The translations under genes and the position numbers were made by a program. A stretch of 64,000 nt of DNA from Antedon mediterranea (taxonomy: Eukaryota; Animalia; Echinodermata): assembly GCF_964355755.1 (NCBI RefSeq), contig NC_092670.1:5384201-5448200 (forward strand). The letters run 5' to 3'. Position 1 is the stretch's first letter. Each line of letters starts with the position of its first letter. The notes beneath the pieces are model-generated. The model saw only the letters and a program-made list of their open reading frames with translations, was not told where the DNA came from and searched no databases. Shown here one piece after another: positions 35,501 through 48,093 of this stretch.

Positions 35501-38500
35501 TATAGTTTTGTATTGAATGTTTTGTACACATTTTATAATGTGTAGTGTAACTTGTAAGGTAGTTTTGTATAGCTTGTTGATGTGCTACACCTAGTGAAAT
35601 AATTCTCTGCAATATAATTCTTGTTTCTCAAACTTTGTGCTTTGAAGACCTTTTGAAACTTTTTATTTGCACTTGATTTGGTAGTGGTATTATAGAGAAT
35701 AATCTATGTTATATCCATTAAACCAGGAAATGTGTAAGTGCAATAAAAGTACTTTTAGCTACTAAATCCTCTTAAACACCTTTTTGTTCTCAAATTAACA
35801 ATTGCTAGAATATCCAGCAAGTCATTGATGATTGCAATATATATTCTAATACTATACTTGGAATTTAGATTTCATTTAGCCTCGTCTGTACCATGGAGTG
35901 ACTGGCCACTTTTTAGCCCATCTTAAACTTGAAAATCATGACTTACAGTTTATCTCCTTTTAATTTTTTTTTTTGTATCTTTTTGTCTTTCCTTTTTGTA
36001 AAAAGTTCATCAATCCATATTATATTTGTAAAAAAACTAAATAATTTTATGGTGTCTTATATAATTATATTATAAGATGATGGCCTATTAGTTATTACCA
36101 ATAGGCCAAAAAGATTGAGTATATACAGTAGGAAACATTTTTTATAAACCAAGTTTCCTTTTTCTCTAGATGACCTTTTAAACAGATCAATGTGTTTCTC
36201 CATTTCATTGTCTGTTGAACTTTGATCTAAAAATTCATCAATGATCAACTTTAGCAGAAACTGCAATGGGATCTACTAAACCTCCCTGCATAAGTTGAAT
36301 AATTGATTATTAGTCAGTGACTCATGACGTTATTTATCAGGCCACACTCTATTTGAATAGTGACTTATGTAACCTGTAGCTGGTATTAGCTTGTTTTGGC
36401 TACTATAATCTCCAACCTTTGATTATACAATCTAGTACATTGGGAAATGTATTAGCTGTTACCATTAGGTTTTTGTCATAGCTAATAGATAATAAAAAAT
36501 TACCTACCTACTGTACCACTTTGTTATAATATAAATAACAATAAAATGTACATTTTTACTGATACTGTATTACTATAGTTAGGTTATTGAATGTTCTCAT
36601 CAATTTGAAAACTACAATTCCTCTTTTGGGGCATCCCTATTCATGTGATTTTTAAGCGGAAACATTCTCTTGTAAATGAACGATTGATAGAAAACACTGT
36701 CACCTTAATAGGAATTTTATTGTACTTTAGGACAAACAAGCATAATTTTTATACAGTGTGAATAACAATATTGAATGTAACCAGGGAAACAAAATGCTAT
36801 AGTTATTATATAGTAAATATTGAAATATAACTGTGCCGTTACTAATATTAAAGTGTTTCACTTTGTGGTTTTTGTGAAAGAAATTGTCAATCCTTTCATT
36901 TACAGTACAGTAATATGCAGGTATGCATGATAATTGGTATTACTGTAGTACAAAGCATTCCGTAAACACTGATGATACAATATTTTTCAAGTTTTATGTC
37001 AATAATATTTCAGTTTTCTTTTTTTTTCTAATAATGATCTGTTTCCAATTTTGTATCCTATTTCAGTGCTCCCACATCTCTTAACGACACTTCTCGGCTG
37101 CACACGCCATGTATGGGTACGTTTGGAGGACCGATCTTTCCCTGGCTTGCTGTAGGAGGTTACGATGGTAAGACATGGTATTACTTATTCCTATAACTAC
37201 CTTCCCTTTATTGTTGGTGGGACGTTTTAATAATGACAGGAAGTACCACCATGGCTGGCATCAGGAAGGCACATGATTCGTTACATAACTTTTAATTTGC
37301 ATTTGCTTGATTTATATAACATCTGTAATTTGACAAACAGTGTTGTTATCTCTAGTTATAATAACGTTCAAGCTACAAAGGGTTATTCATAGAAGAAATC
37401 ATACTGTATTTTTAGTTAGAAACAAGTATTACATTTATTCTGAAACAGAATAAATATAAGAACAATTTACTATTGGTAATCCTTGGCCACATGTACCTAA
37501 ATACATAAAAACAATAACATTTTGAACTAAAACAATTATATTATGTTGAAGAAAATTATTTATATGTTGCAGAAGAAGAAATATTATATTATTTTATTCG
37601 TAAACAAATTAGTTTGTAAGGGACACATTCACATGAGCAATATACTAAGACTCGGCCTACCCCTAGTCACAGGTTCTCGAGTGTATTTTCTTCATAAAAT
37701 GTATTGTGTGGAGCATATAAAGCCATGTTGAATTTACCTCTAAATGACTATCTTTAATTTTTACAAATGTTTCAACCACATTTTTAGTAATTGCTAGATT
37801 TGAAAATTAAAATAAAGACGTGAAAACAACTTTAATCAATGTGTTTTAATATTTTAGTTAATTATTAAACGCTTTTCTTTCACACAACAGCTGCTAACTA
37901 CAACAATGCAACAGCCCTGGTCATCACTATGACTGTTAACAACTATAAGAATGAGGACCCAAGACTGGAAAAGGCTAAAGTATGGGAGAAGGGATATCTG
38001 ACTTATATGAAGCAATTCACTGCTGAAAACAGAAATCCAAATCTAACCATTGCTTTCTATGCGGAGGTAAATATTAAAATGTAGTTTTAAATTCTTAGAT
38101 AGCAGAGTACCACCATTGTTCATACTTTACATAGATAGTAACAACTGACCACTTCTTCTTTAGTCTATCACTGAGCAAATAGCTAAATAAAATCTAGCCA
38201 TATCATAAAAAATGTATAAATTAAATTAGGTTCATTATTAGCACTTCATATTTTAGAACCATTATTTCAAAACATTAAATTGTAAACTTATTCAATTCAA
38301 ATAAACATTTATTTCTTTCATTCATATTGAGTAAAAAACATTATAATTTCTGATATTTTATAAATAAATATTTTTTTTTTTTTGAGAGATATAATACAGT
38401 ATGAAATCGGCCTAATCATAAAGTTTGCTGTATTCAACAAAAATTAGATTTTACTATTTTTGATAAATAAGCCTTATCTTGTATACAAATGTATCACTTT

Positions 38501-41500
38501 AATTTTTTTCTTTAGCGATCGGTGGAAGATGAAATCGACCGTGAGAGTAACAGTGATATCCTGACTATTGCTCTTAGCTATCTACTCATGTTTGCGTATG
38601 TGACCTTTGCCCTCGGACAGTACAACAGTATTGAACGCCTACTGGTAAGTTCTAATAAAATTGAATTAGATGTCTAGATTTTTTTTAATAAAACAAGTTT
38701 CTCTTTAAGAGGATGTAATTATGAGTAGACTGACGTCTGAAGATAATGCTTTATAGCATTTGATAACTTCCCTCAAAACATTATGTGCTTCAAAGACCAA
38801 AGTTTATTATTATTAAAACATAGCATGACCTATTGTTGCTTTTCACTTTCTTAGATATTTTTCACATTTTGTTGCTATTCTCCTATCCAATTCAAATATA
38901 TCCCATGTCTCTTTTTAACCATATCAAATGTGAACATGAATCTAAGCTCAATAATTTTAAATTCATTTTTGTTCCATAAAACTGAAATGAAAGTAAACAG
39001 TATAACCTCTACTACTGTGTTGTGTCCCAAACAAGTGCCCATAATAGAGGTTTTCCGTAAATAGGGGTTAGCAGTAGTTTTAAAACATTGTCCCCTGAAT
39101 AGGAGTGCATCACTAGGTAGTCTACAGTACTGTATCTTGGTAATACAGGCTAAAATGTACCTCACAAAGCTTTTAAAATCATGGTGGGTTATAGTAGTTC
39201 GTATGTAATGGGTACTTATTCTGTAATCACTGAAAATATATTTCCTCATGCATTAAAAAAGTTGATTAAACTAAAACATGTATTCTTTTCAACACAGATT
39301 GACTCCAAGATTGTGTTAGGCTTGTCGGGTGTTGCATTAGTTCTGTGTTCGGTCGTCGCAGCTATTGGTATACTGAGCTTTGCTAAAGTTCCAGCCACAT
39401 TGATTGTGATTGAGGTTGTTCCGTTTCTTGTACTTGCAGTCGGTGTTGATAACATCTTTATCTTAGTTCAGGCGTATCAGGTAATTACCACAATGTGATA
39501 TTTACTGTATAGATTTGTAGCTACCCCTAGGCATCATTACTATTAGTTTGTTACCTTGAGAGGTCCATAAAGTCCATGTGCAGTACATTGTGTTAACATT
39601 CTGTATTTAATTGTAATAATAGCTCACACCTAACAATGATTACTGTCAATGAAGTCAACTCATATGAAACTCCCTGGAAACTCCTTTACTCTATAAAAGG
39701 TGCAAAATCTTCCCAAAATGCATTGAGAAAATAAACTTGTCTAACATAATGTTATTTATAGAATCCACTATCAGTAGAGTTAACCATTAGTTTTTAAGTG
39801 GTTTTATTGCTATAGGCCATTTTATATGATTTAAAATACTACATTTTACTTGACCAACAGAGAGACGTTCGTCATAATTACGAGTCTCGTGCGGAGCATA
39901 TTGGTCGTATCCTAGGCCAGGTTGGTCCCAGCATGCTGCTTACAAGTTCATCTGAATCCATTGCCTTTTATCTAGGTAGGTATTTCACAATACATTGGCT
40001 ACATTCCAAAGTAAATGTCATTGTATCTTTAAAATAATGTCAATGTGACTTTGTTGATAATTTGTCACGTTAGTTAAAGTCACATACTGAAAACTCATTA
40101 TCTAAGTCTCAAGCATAGTGTAAACTAGTATACTTTTTTAGCAAACCTTGAGTTTGCCATTGTTTAAGGATCACATGACTATAGTTATCATGTGACCCTC
40201 CGATGTGCAGCTTCCATAAACAAAATTAATGCTAATGTAGCCTAGACTTAATCCAGTTCTTATATTACATGAAGAGTATTTATGAGTGTGCTCTAATAGA
40301 CATAGGCATAGAGAGGGAGGGGTGGAAGAGGGTAAAGCTTGTCTTCAAAATAGTTAACATTTTTCCAAATATATTTAGATCCCTGACTGGGCTTATACCT
40401 GACTCAGTATGCTATAAATCGTATAAATACATACTTTATGTTTCTTAACTGTGTATTACATGTTTCTATTCTATAGGAGCTTTGTCGGATATGCCAGCTG
40501 TAAAGGCATTCTCCTTGTATGCCGCCACCGCAGTATTCATAGACTTTTTGCTCCAGATTACATGTTTTATAGCTGTCTTGGCATTAGACTCTGGGAGACA
40601 GGAGGTAAGAATCGTGCATAGAGAAAATAGAAAAGTCTTTGAAAAGTCCTTATTATCTCAATCTTTATGTTTGTTGATAACTTCCCTCAAAACATTATGT
40701 GCTTCAAAGTCCAAAGTTTATTATTATTAAAACACAGCATGACATATTGTTGCTTTTCACTTTATTAGATATTTTTCACATTTTGTTGCTATTCTGCTAT
40801 CCAATTCAAATATATCCCATGTTTCTTTTTAACCATATCAAATTTGAACTTGACTCTGGGAGACAGGAGGTCTGTTTATATTTTGTTTTACTTGAAATAT
40901 AACAAACTGTAATATTTGATCAAATGTTTACGTAAACTATATATAAATCCAAAGGCAAATTACTGAAAATAATGACAATGCTGGATCTTAATGGAGATAC
41001 AAAATAAAATAATCAAAAAACTAAATCAAAAGATAAAGTAAAACAGCCAGAAAAATTAGCAGAGTTTTCGGGCAACACTAGTCCTTCATCAGTCAATTAA
41101 TTAATTTGAAAAAGTTGCCCTAAGTTTTTTTCATTAATTTCATATTTTTGTAATGATACTGTATGTTTAAAATATCAATATGTTTTATTTTTATTTTCAG
41201 AATAATCGTTTTGATATGTGTTGTTGCATTAAGAACAAGATGGCAGGAGAGGCACCTAAAGAGCCCGGTCTGCTCTATCGTGCTGTCTGTTACTATGCTA
41301 ATTTCCTTATGAATGATGTTGTTCGATACATAACAGTAAGTAATCTTGATGAATTGATACTTTCGTTCTCAAATTATCAATTTACCTAATTTTCTTCCAT
41401 CCATTTTTTATGGTGTTTATAACTTCTGCTAGCCTAATTTTCACTATCTTCAAGAAACTTAATATATTTAATGGCCACCAATGCTATTACTCCAGTCTTA

Positions 41501-44500
41501 TTGTTTAGCTTCAGAAAATTATTTTACAAACATTTAATTGTAATGCCACTCTGAAAAAGTACTATTTTATTAATCATAGCCTTGTGCACTTTTAACAGAA
41601 ATAAAAAATCAGGCTTTTTTTTTACTTATTACATTTTCTTTTTTCATTTGCAGATCATATTTTTTGCACTGCTAGCATTTGCTTCCGGTATTGGACTTAG
41701 TAAAGTAGAGATTGGTTTGGACCAAAAACTTTCTATGCCTGAGGTAATTTTTAGATGTACTAAATTTATATTAGTATATTACTAGTGTTATGCACAGTTT
41801 TGAAATTGTTATTTTCCATCATAATCTTCATCTTTGCCAGTAAGAGTTATACTGATTTTTCATTATTGTTACAAATCATCTCCAGTATTATCATTATTTT
41901 TACAGTCTTATTTATTTTGTTGCATATCTTAAATAATCTTTTTCCCTCAGACATTCTACATCTTTAAACTTATCTTATAAATCTTAATATTAAGCGGTTT
42001 GCTTTGAGAATGCAAAACTTTAGATGCCAAGATTTGTACATTCCAATTTCTAAGTTTGTTTGTTCATTTTACAAAGAACAAGTTACACAAACTTGACCTG
42101 GTTCACTAAACAAAATATATTTAGTTCATAGCATTATTCTGAAAGTTAAAGAGGTATAAAAACATGAAAAATTAAGATTAATCAGACTTTGAATGAGTTA
42201 TTTTGTGGTTTTAATAAAGATAATCACTTCCGTAGAAAAACACATTATGTTTTATACTTATAAAACGACAAAATAAACGGTTAAATTCACGAAAAAACCC
42301 ATCGGTTGGCAGCCAATTTAACTATTATTACTTAGTTTTTCCAGATAAATAATTTTTTTATCCAATTTTTGGTCAAGGTGGCTAACCATTATGTGAAATT
42401 AAAATGGCATATTCAAGAAACAAATTTATAAGAATTATTTTTTCAAGGGAACAATACATCTTTAATATGAAATTTAGAAGTATGACCAATGCCACAATGA
42501 TGAAACCATGTAATGTCCTTGTTAAGTTTCTATACCTTGCTATTGTTTACATACTGTAGGTTTGTTTAAACTGCTGTAAACCGAAGTGAAACTTTAGTTC
42601 CTTTAAATTAACATTACAAAAGCATTGTGACTTGAATACAAAAGGTATAAAGACAAACAATGAACTGAATATTACAGATAGAATGTGCACACAATAAATG
42701 AACTAAGGATTTCCAAGAAAGCTTAAAAACAAAATAACACTTTTCCAATTAGGTCCTTTGTTTTTGTTATGGTCTTTTTTTGGTGTGGTCATGTTATTCT
42801 ATAGTTAAATGTATTTTTGATTAGTTTCTATATTAAGGGATGTCTATTCATTTGAGGATGTTCAGTGTCTGTTTTTTTTCATTAAGGCCCTATTTCCTAT
42901 AGTTTTCCTCTATTTCTATAGCAGTTTCTATTTCAGTTGGGGGATAACTAATCATTTGAGAAGCTCTATTTAGTTTAATTTGTGTTGGACACATTGTGAC
43001 ATTGCAAATTTATTTATTTGAACCTTTAGAATGTGTAACCATTTAAAACATTTATCATTCAACATTTATTAATTTCTATCAATGGTAAACAATACAATAA
43101 AATAAAAAACAATGGTAAAATATAATGGAACAATACCATTAAATGGTGATCTTGCAAGAAGAAATTTCTTGTCACGCAAGACTCAAAAACGAAAAGAAAA
43201 GAAATGCATTTGTAAATAAATATACAGTCAACTCTCCCAATACCGGACTCTCTGAAAACCAGAAACTCTCCCAATACCAGACTTTTTTTGAGTACCAAAA
43301 GGTCCCAAATTTATTTTTACCATTAAAAACACATTCCGAATACCAGACTTTCCGGAAAACCAGACTTATTTGGCCGGCCCAAAGGTGTCTGGTATTGGGA
43401 GAGTTGACTGTATAAGAAAATAAAGTCATTACAATGATTATAATAAATGTAAGTGATTTTTTATTTGTTTACGAAACGTTAAGAGATAGGAAGAATTAAC
43501 AATACTGGTATCTACCTTATTTGAACATCCGAGTAAACAATTTTTTCAATACAATTTACAGATTACTGAAGAATTAACTATCTTTTTTGTCGCCAATATA
43601 ATCATGTTTTGTTTTATTTGACAGGGCTCATATGTGATAGATCTATTCAATGCACAGGCAAATTACATGACGGCAGGCCCTCCTGTCTACTTTGTTGTCC
43701 GTGATGGCTTTAATTACACTGAAGTTGAAAATCAAAACATGATATGTGGTGGCTCAGGCTGTAACTCAGATTCTCTTACATCACAAGTATACAATGCTGC
43801 ACAATTATCTGATATGTAAGTATTCATTTTCTCTTCATATTTCATACAAATGTAAGTAAGGTGTTCACTTAAAGATGTATTGTCTCCCAAAAACATGAAA
43901 AATGAAGATTAATAAAATCAGACTTTAAATAGGCCATTTTGCAGTGTTAATAAAGTTATTCACTTCTGTAAAAAAACAAAAGAAGTGTTTTTTGTTTGCA
44001 AAATATTTATATTAGTATTACTGATTATTTTGTGTTTCCTTGTTGTAGTTCGTTTATAGCACAGCCTGCCAGTTCCTGGTTAGATGATTACTTTGATTGG
44101 GTCAGTCCTGGTGGTGAATATACATGTTGTCGTACAGATTATGATGGCAACTTCTGCCCAGCAACAGGTAATGTCTAGTATATTGAATTCATTGTAAAAA
44201 CTCTGTCTACACTATCAAAAAAATGTGTGTGCCCATATATAAACATGATGATGTCATATCACTACCATATTTGGGCATATTACTACCATTAGGCACATCA
44301 CACTTTTTGTTTGTCGAACTAGTTTGATAATGTAAACAGAGCTGAATGGCATTGATATCTGATAAAATATAATCATTTTTTATTTTGTCCCTTTTATTAT
44401 ATTGATATCTTTAAAATGTAAGAACCAGAATATATATGTTGGGGGTAAAACAAACGAACAAACAATACATCTCGTATAAATAACTTAAAATAATAGTTCG

Positions 44501-47500
44501 ATGAATATTCTTTTAAACACTATTGTATCATCCGATAAGTTTAAGTTTATAATAATTTAGAAAAATGTGTCATATTATTACATCATTATACAAAAAAACA
44601 AAGTGTAGTGTTAAACAAGGGAAAGTGAAATTGTATAGATAGTGTGCAAGTAATGAGTCTGAACATCTTTGATGCATTTCCCCATACCAATTTTTACCAA
44701 CCAAATAGTCTTATTGTTCCTGTTTGTTGAACATATGTAGACTTTACACTCTTTTTTTCTCATAACCTTTTAAACCTTAAACTTAAATAATCACTTTGTT
44801 ATTGTTCACAGAGGACAATGATAACTGTACCACATGTCGACCATTAAGTGAGAAACAGAAGCGGCCGGATCCCGAGGAGTTTACCAAGTTTCTTCCGTTT
44901 TTCTTGAAAGACAACCCAACTGTAAAATGCAGCAAGGGAGGACACGCAGCCTATGGAGCCGCAGTGACGTTCGATAATAAGGAGAAAACAAAAGTTGGAG
45001 GTGAGTTTTCATAATTTTGATTACTGAAGTGCGATATTTCATCTTGTAAATGACTGTATTTGCTTTAATACTTGAGCTGTTCTAATATAAAGTATTTTTT
45101 TGGCTTTTTCTTCCAATGCCTAATATAATAATAGCCTATTTTAAAATATTCAACCAAAAAAAAAATAGGTCTACACTGTTTATGGATTTGTTTTAGGAAT
45201 TATTTATTATTTGATAAATTTATTTAATATGAGTTTGTTTTTGTATTATTTTCTAGAACAAAAAAATAAACAATTTAGTTAAAATTTTAAATAAATATAT
45301 TTACATTTTTTTTACAGCAACATATTTTATGACATACCATTCCATATTGAAGACATCGTCTGATTACATCTCAGCGTTACGCAATGCACGAGAAGTAGCT
45401 GATAATATCACAAAAATGATGAACCATACCAATGATGATGGCACCTACTTTGATGTTTATCCATACAGGTAAGCATGGTTGTGTAAATACTGTGGGAAGG
45501 GGTCAGAGGTCAAATCCCACTGGTTACCTACATACAAATATACTCTTCCCCTATAGTTCGCATTGTATCCTGTTGCCATATTTACTGGTATAGTAAAACC
45601 CCTCCTTTGGGACACCCCTGTTAAGGAGACACTTCTTTGTGAAATGAACAAGAGGCAATATATATTGAAAATTTGTTGTAGTTCAAAAGTGTAGTTAATA
45701 GCTCTAATTATCTGTGGAATGTGTGGACTATAGTTACTTTTAGATCTGTGAACTTTATTCAATCAATCGTACAGTTTTTGGGTATAATAATGGTAACCAT
45801 AATAACGTGTATTTACAGTGATTTTTACAAAAAAATATTAAGTATAAAATATATACAGCAGTGATTATTTACAGTAATATTTTTAATAATAATAATAATT
45901 AATTGTTTATATTGACTATTATTGAAAACAGAAGTTGAATAATAAAATACTGAATAAATACAAAGTTTCATTAGAGGCTTACAACTCAAGCCTAACAATC
46001 ACTAACTAATGATCTTTGCATTTATTTTCTACAGTGTGATCTACGTCTACTATGAGCAGTACTTAACAATGGTTCACGATACTTGGTTCAACCTGAGCAT
46101 GTCGTTACTCGCAATCTTCATCGTTACATTCCTACTGCTCGGTTTTGACGTATACTCCGCCCTCATCATTGTTCTTACCATCGCTCTCATCACCTTGGAT
46201 CTTATTGGCCTTATGTACGTCTGGAGCGTGGACTTGAACGCCATCTCACTTGTGAATCTTGTTATGGTAAGTTGTAATCATTATTATCATTAATTTGTAA
46301 TTGTATAAGCACACATACAATACTTCACATAAATAAGATTTAACAAAATATAATATAAATAGTTAGTTAATTTTATTTTGTGAATGCTGTCCACGCCAAC
46401 CGTGGTATCCGAACAATACAATGACAATGGTTTAATAGTTCGTAATGTGCATATCAAGGAGAAGGTTCCAGGTTCAAATCTTCTGATGCCTTTTATCTTA
46501 TTTTATTTATATATTAATTATTAGCATCTGTGTTACAATCTTGGCAAAACACTGACATTTTGATTCAAAGATAAATTCATTTTGAGTCTTAATAGAGTAA
46601 ATATTTACTACCTAAAAGGAACTTAATTTAGTTAAGTTAATTTTTATTTTGCTTTTTTTTTCTAGTCTGTTGGTATATCAGTAGAGTTCTGTTCACACAT
46701 CACAAGAGCATTCGCCATTAGCACTGAACCAACACGCGTGAAACGTTCCATTGCAGCCCTCTCACAGATGGGTAGTTCTGTAAGTATTTTATTCTTGCAA
46801 ATCTAATTTTAAGTTATAAATTAAAAAGGAACAAAACTTGGTTTGAATTCATTTTCAGTTAATTAAATCTCAATTAAAAACAGTTTGATTAGTTTATTGT
46901 TATAAAAATTATATTATAAAAATTTAATAAAGAAGTGAATTGAATTATAAATTGTTATCAGTATACGTACAGTTTTGTTGCTAAATATGTATAATAGGGA
47001 GTTTTTTAAATAGCAGATTGCACAAGGGTAAGAGTTCGGACTGTGATCTGAGAAGTTCTTTGTGTTGGACGTTGGGTGGTTCATCCTTTGCGTAGACATA
47101 TGTGCACAATGAAAAATGGAAAAATCAAACTGAAAAAATGGAACTTCTTTCCAGTAAAGCAATAGTTGGCTCTGGGCTGTGCTGTTAAAGCCCTAATACA
47201 AATTTGCACCATCGACAATTTAACATAAGGAGATGTTCTTATTTATATCATTTTACTTTTGAATTATACTAATAAGTAATTATTGCTTTCTTTTTTTTAA
47301 TTCAGGTACTAAGTGGAATAACATTGACTAAGTTCCTTGGTATTGTTGTATTAGCATTCTCAAAGTCCCAGATATTTCAAGTGTTTTACTTCAGAATGTA
47401 CCTTGGCATTGTAGTGTTTGGAGCTTCCCACGGCCTTATATTTTTACCAGTACTTTTGAGTTTTATAGGTAAGTTTAAAAAAAATAATGTGATATAAATG

Positions 47501-48093
47501 CCCTTTTTATTGGGCTGTTGTATGTGTTATTGTATTGTAAAGATATATATCCAATTATGGATTATTTCTAATGAAAAATAGGTGCCACTTCTTATATTGC
47601 CTGAATGAGTATACTGTAAATGTAGTTGGTTGATCTCAAATAAAGATCCAAAATATGTAATTAGAATTTTTTTTTTGGCATCTTTTTTTAAAATGAGACA
47701 TCCCTGTTTAAGGAACATCCCTTTGAATGCACAAGCAACAGTATATGATGTAATTCTGCGACCAACACCTATTTAGGGGACCCTCCTATTAACTGATGGT
47801 TCCCCTCTAAAAGGGATTTTACTGTATACTCGAGTTGTGGTATTTCATCACTGCCATATAATTAAGTATAAGTATTAATGTGGTTTTTTTTCCACTATAC
47901 ATTATTTATGAATTTTTGTAATCTATTTTAGTTAAACTAATGTATTCTGTTATTTCTCTCAGGACCGCCTGTAAATAAAGCAAGATTATTAGAGGATGAG
48001 GATAACCGACTACGTGTAAAGAACAGTTCAGCCGATGAACGATCACCATTAATCACGCCACGTACAGACATTCAAGGTTACACCAACGCATAA
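29536..48093 (+). CDS. NPC1: Niemann-Pick C1 lysosomal cholesterol transporter (NPC1/NPC1L1 family), 19 exons, 1345 aa
   Basis: Exons 29536-29598 (signal peptide), 33520-34923, 35173-35396, 37067-37167, 37891-38066, 38516-38644, 39298-39480, 39861-39975, 40477-40604, 41201-41335, 41654-41743, 43625-43815, 44049-44167, 44812-45000, 45318-45468, 46035-46266, 46666-46779, 47306-47468, 47963-48093. All GT-AG, phases consistent, total 4038 nt. Motifs: CIWYDQCG and RCPSC (NTD), [11 protein letters not shown] ([19 protein letters not shown]), [26 protein letters not shown]-terminal DERSPLI dileucine-type signal. Confidence 0.96.
30236..31129. mobile_element. Foldback DNA transposon with ~350-bp TIRs and 8-bp TSD (MULE/Merlin-like), in NPC1 intron 1
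   Basis: GGCGCTAGTTCCGTTTCGCACC...GGTGCGAAACGGAACTAGCGCC. TSD GTTTACCC at 30228-30235 and 31130-31137. Confidence 0.88.
31671..32432. mobile_element. MITE with ~145-bp TIRs in NPC1 intron 1
   Basis: CGCCGTGGCTAAAGATACGGTACCGTATTC...GAATACGGTACCGTATCTTTAGCCACGGCG. Possible A-rich 9-bp TSD (TAAAAAGAA / TAAAAAAAC). Confidence 0.8.
42150..42465 (+). mobile_element. Kolobok-like MITE, second subfamily, 5' end eroded
   Basis: Ends in GGGGACAATACATCT-TTAA. Its 5' part aligns with 43869-43975. Confidence 0.65.
43225..43410. mobile_element. pogo/Tigger-like MITE (TA TSD)
   Basis: TA|CAGTCAACTCTCCCAATACC...GGTATTGGGAGAGTTGACTG|TA, a perfect 20-bp TIR. Confidence 0.88.
43873..43980 (+). mobile_element. 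Truncated Kolobok-like MITE left end
   Basis: TTAA-AGATGTATTGTCTCCCAAAAACATGAAAAATGAAGATT... Confidence 0.65.
44199..44343. mobile_element. Small Harbinger-like MITE
   Basis: Imperfect TIR CTCTGTCTACACTATCAAA / TTTGATAATGTAAACAGAG. Confidence 0.5.

Noticed and set aside
46420-46490. tRNA-like B-box (GGTTCAAATC), also at ~10224
   Set aside because: I could not fold a cloverleaf; at most decayed tRNA-derived SINE heads.
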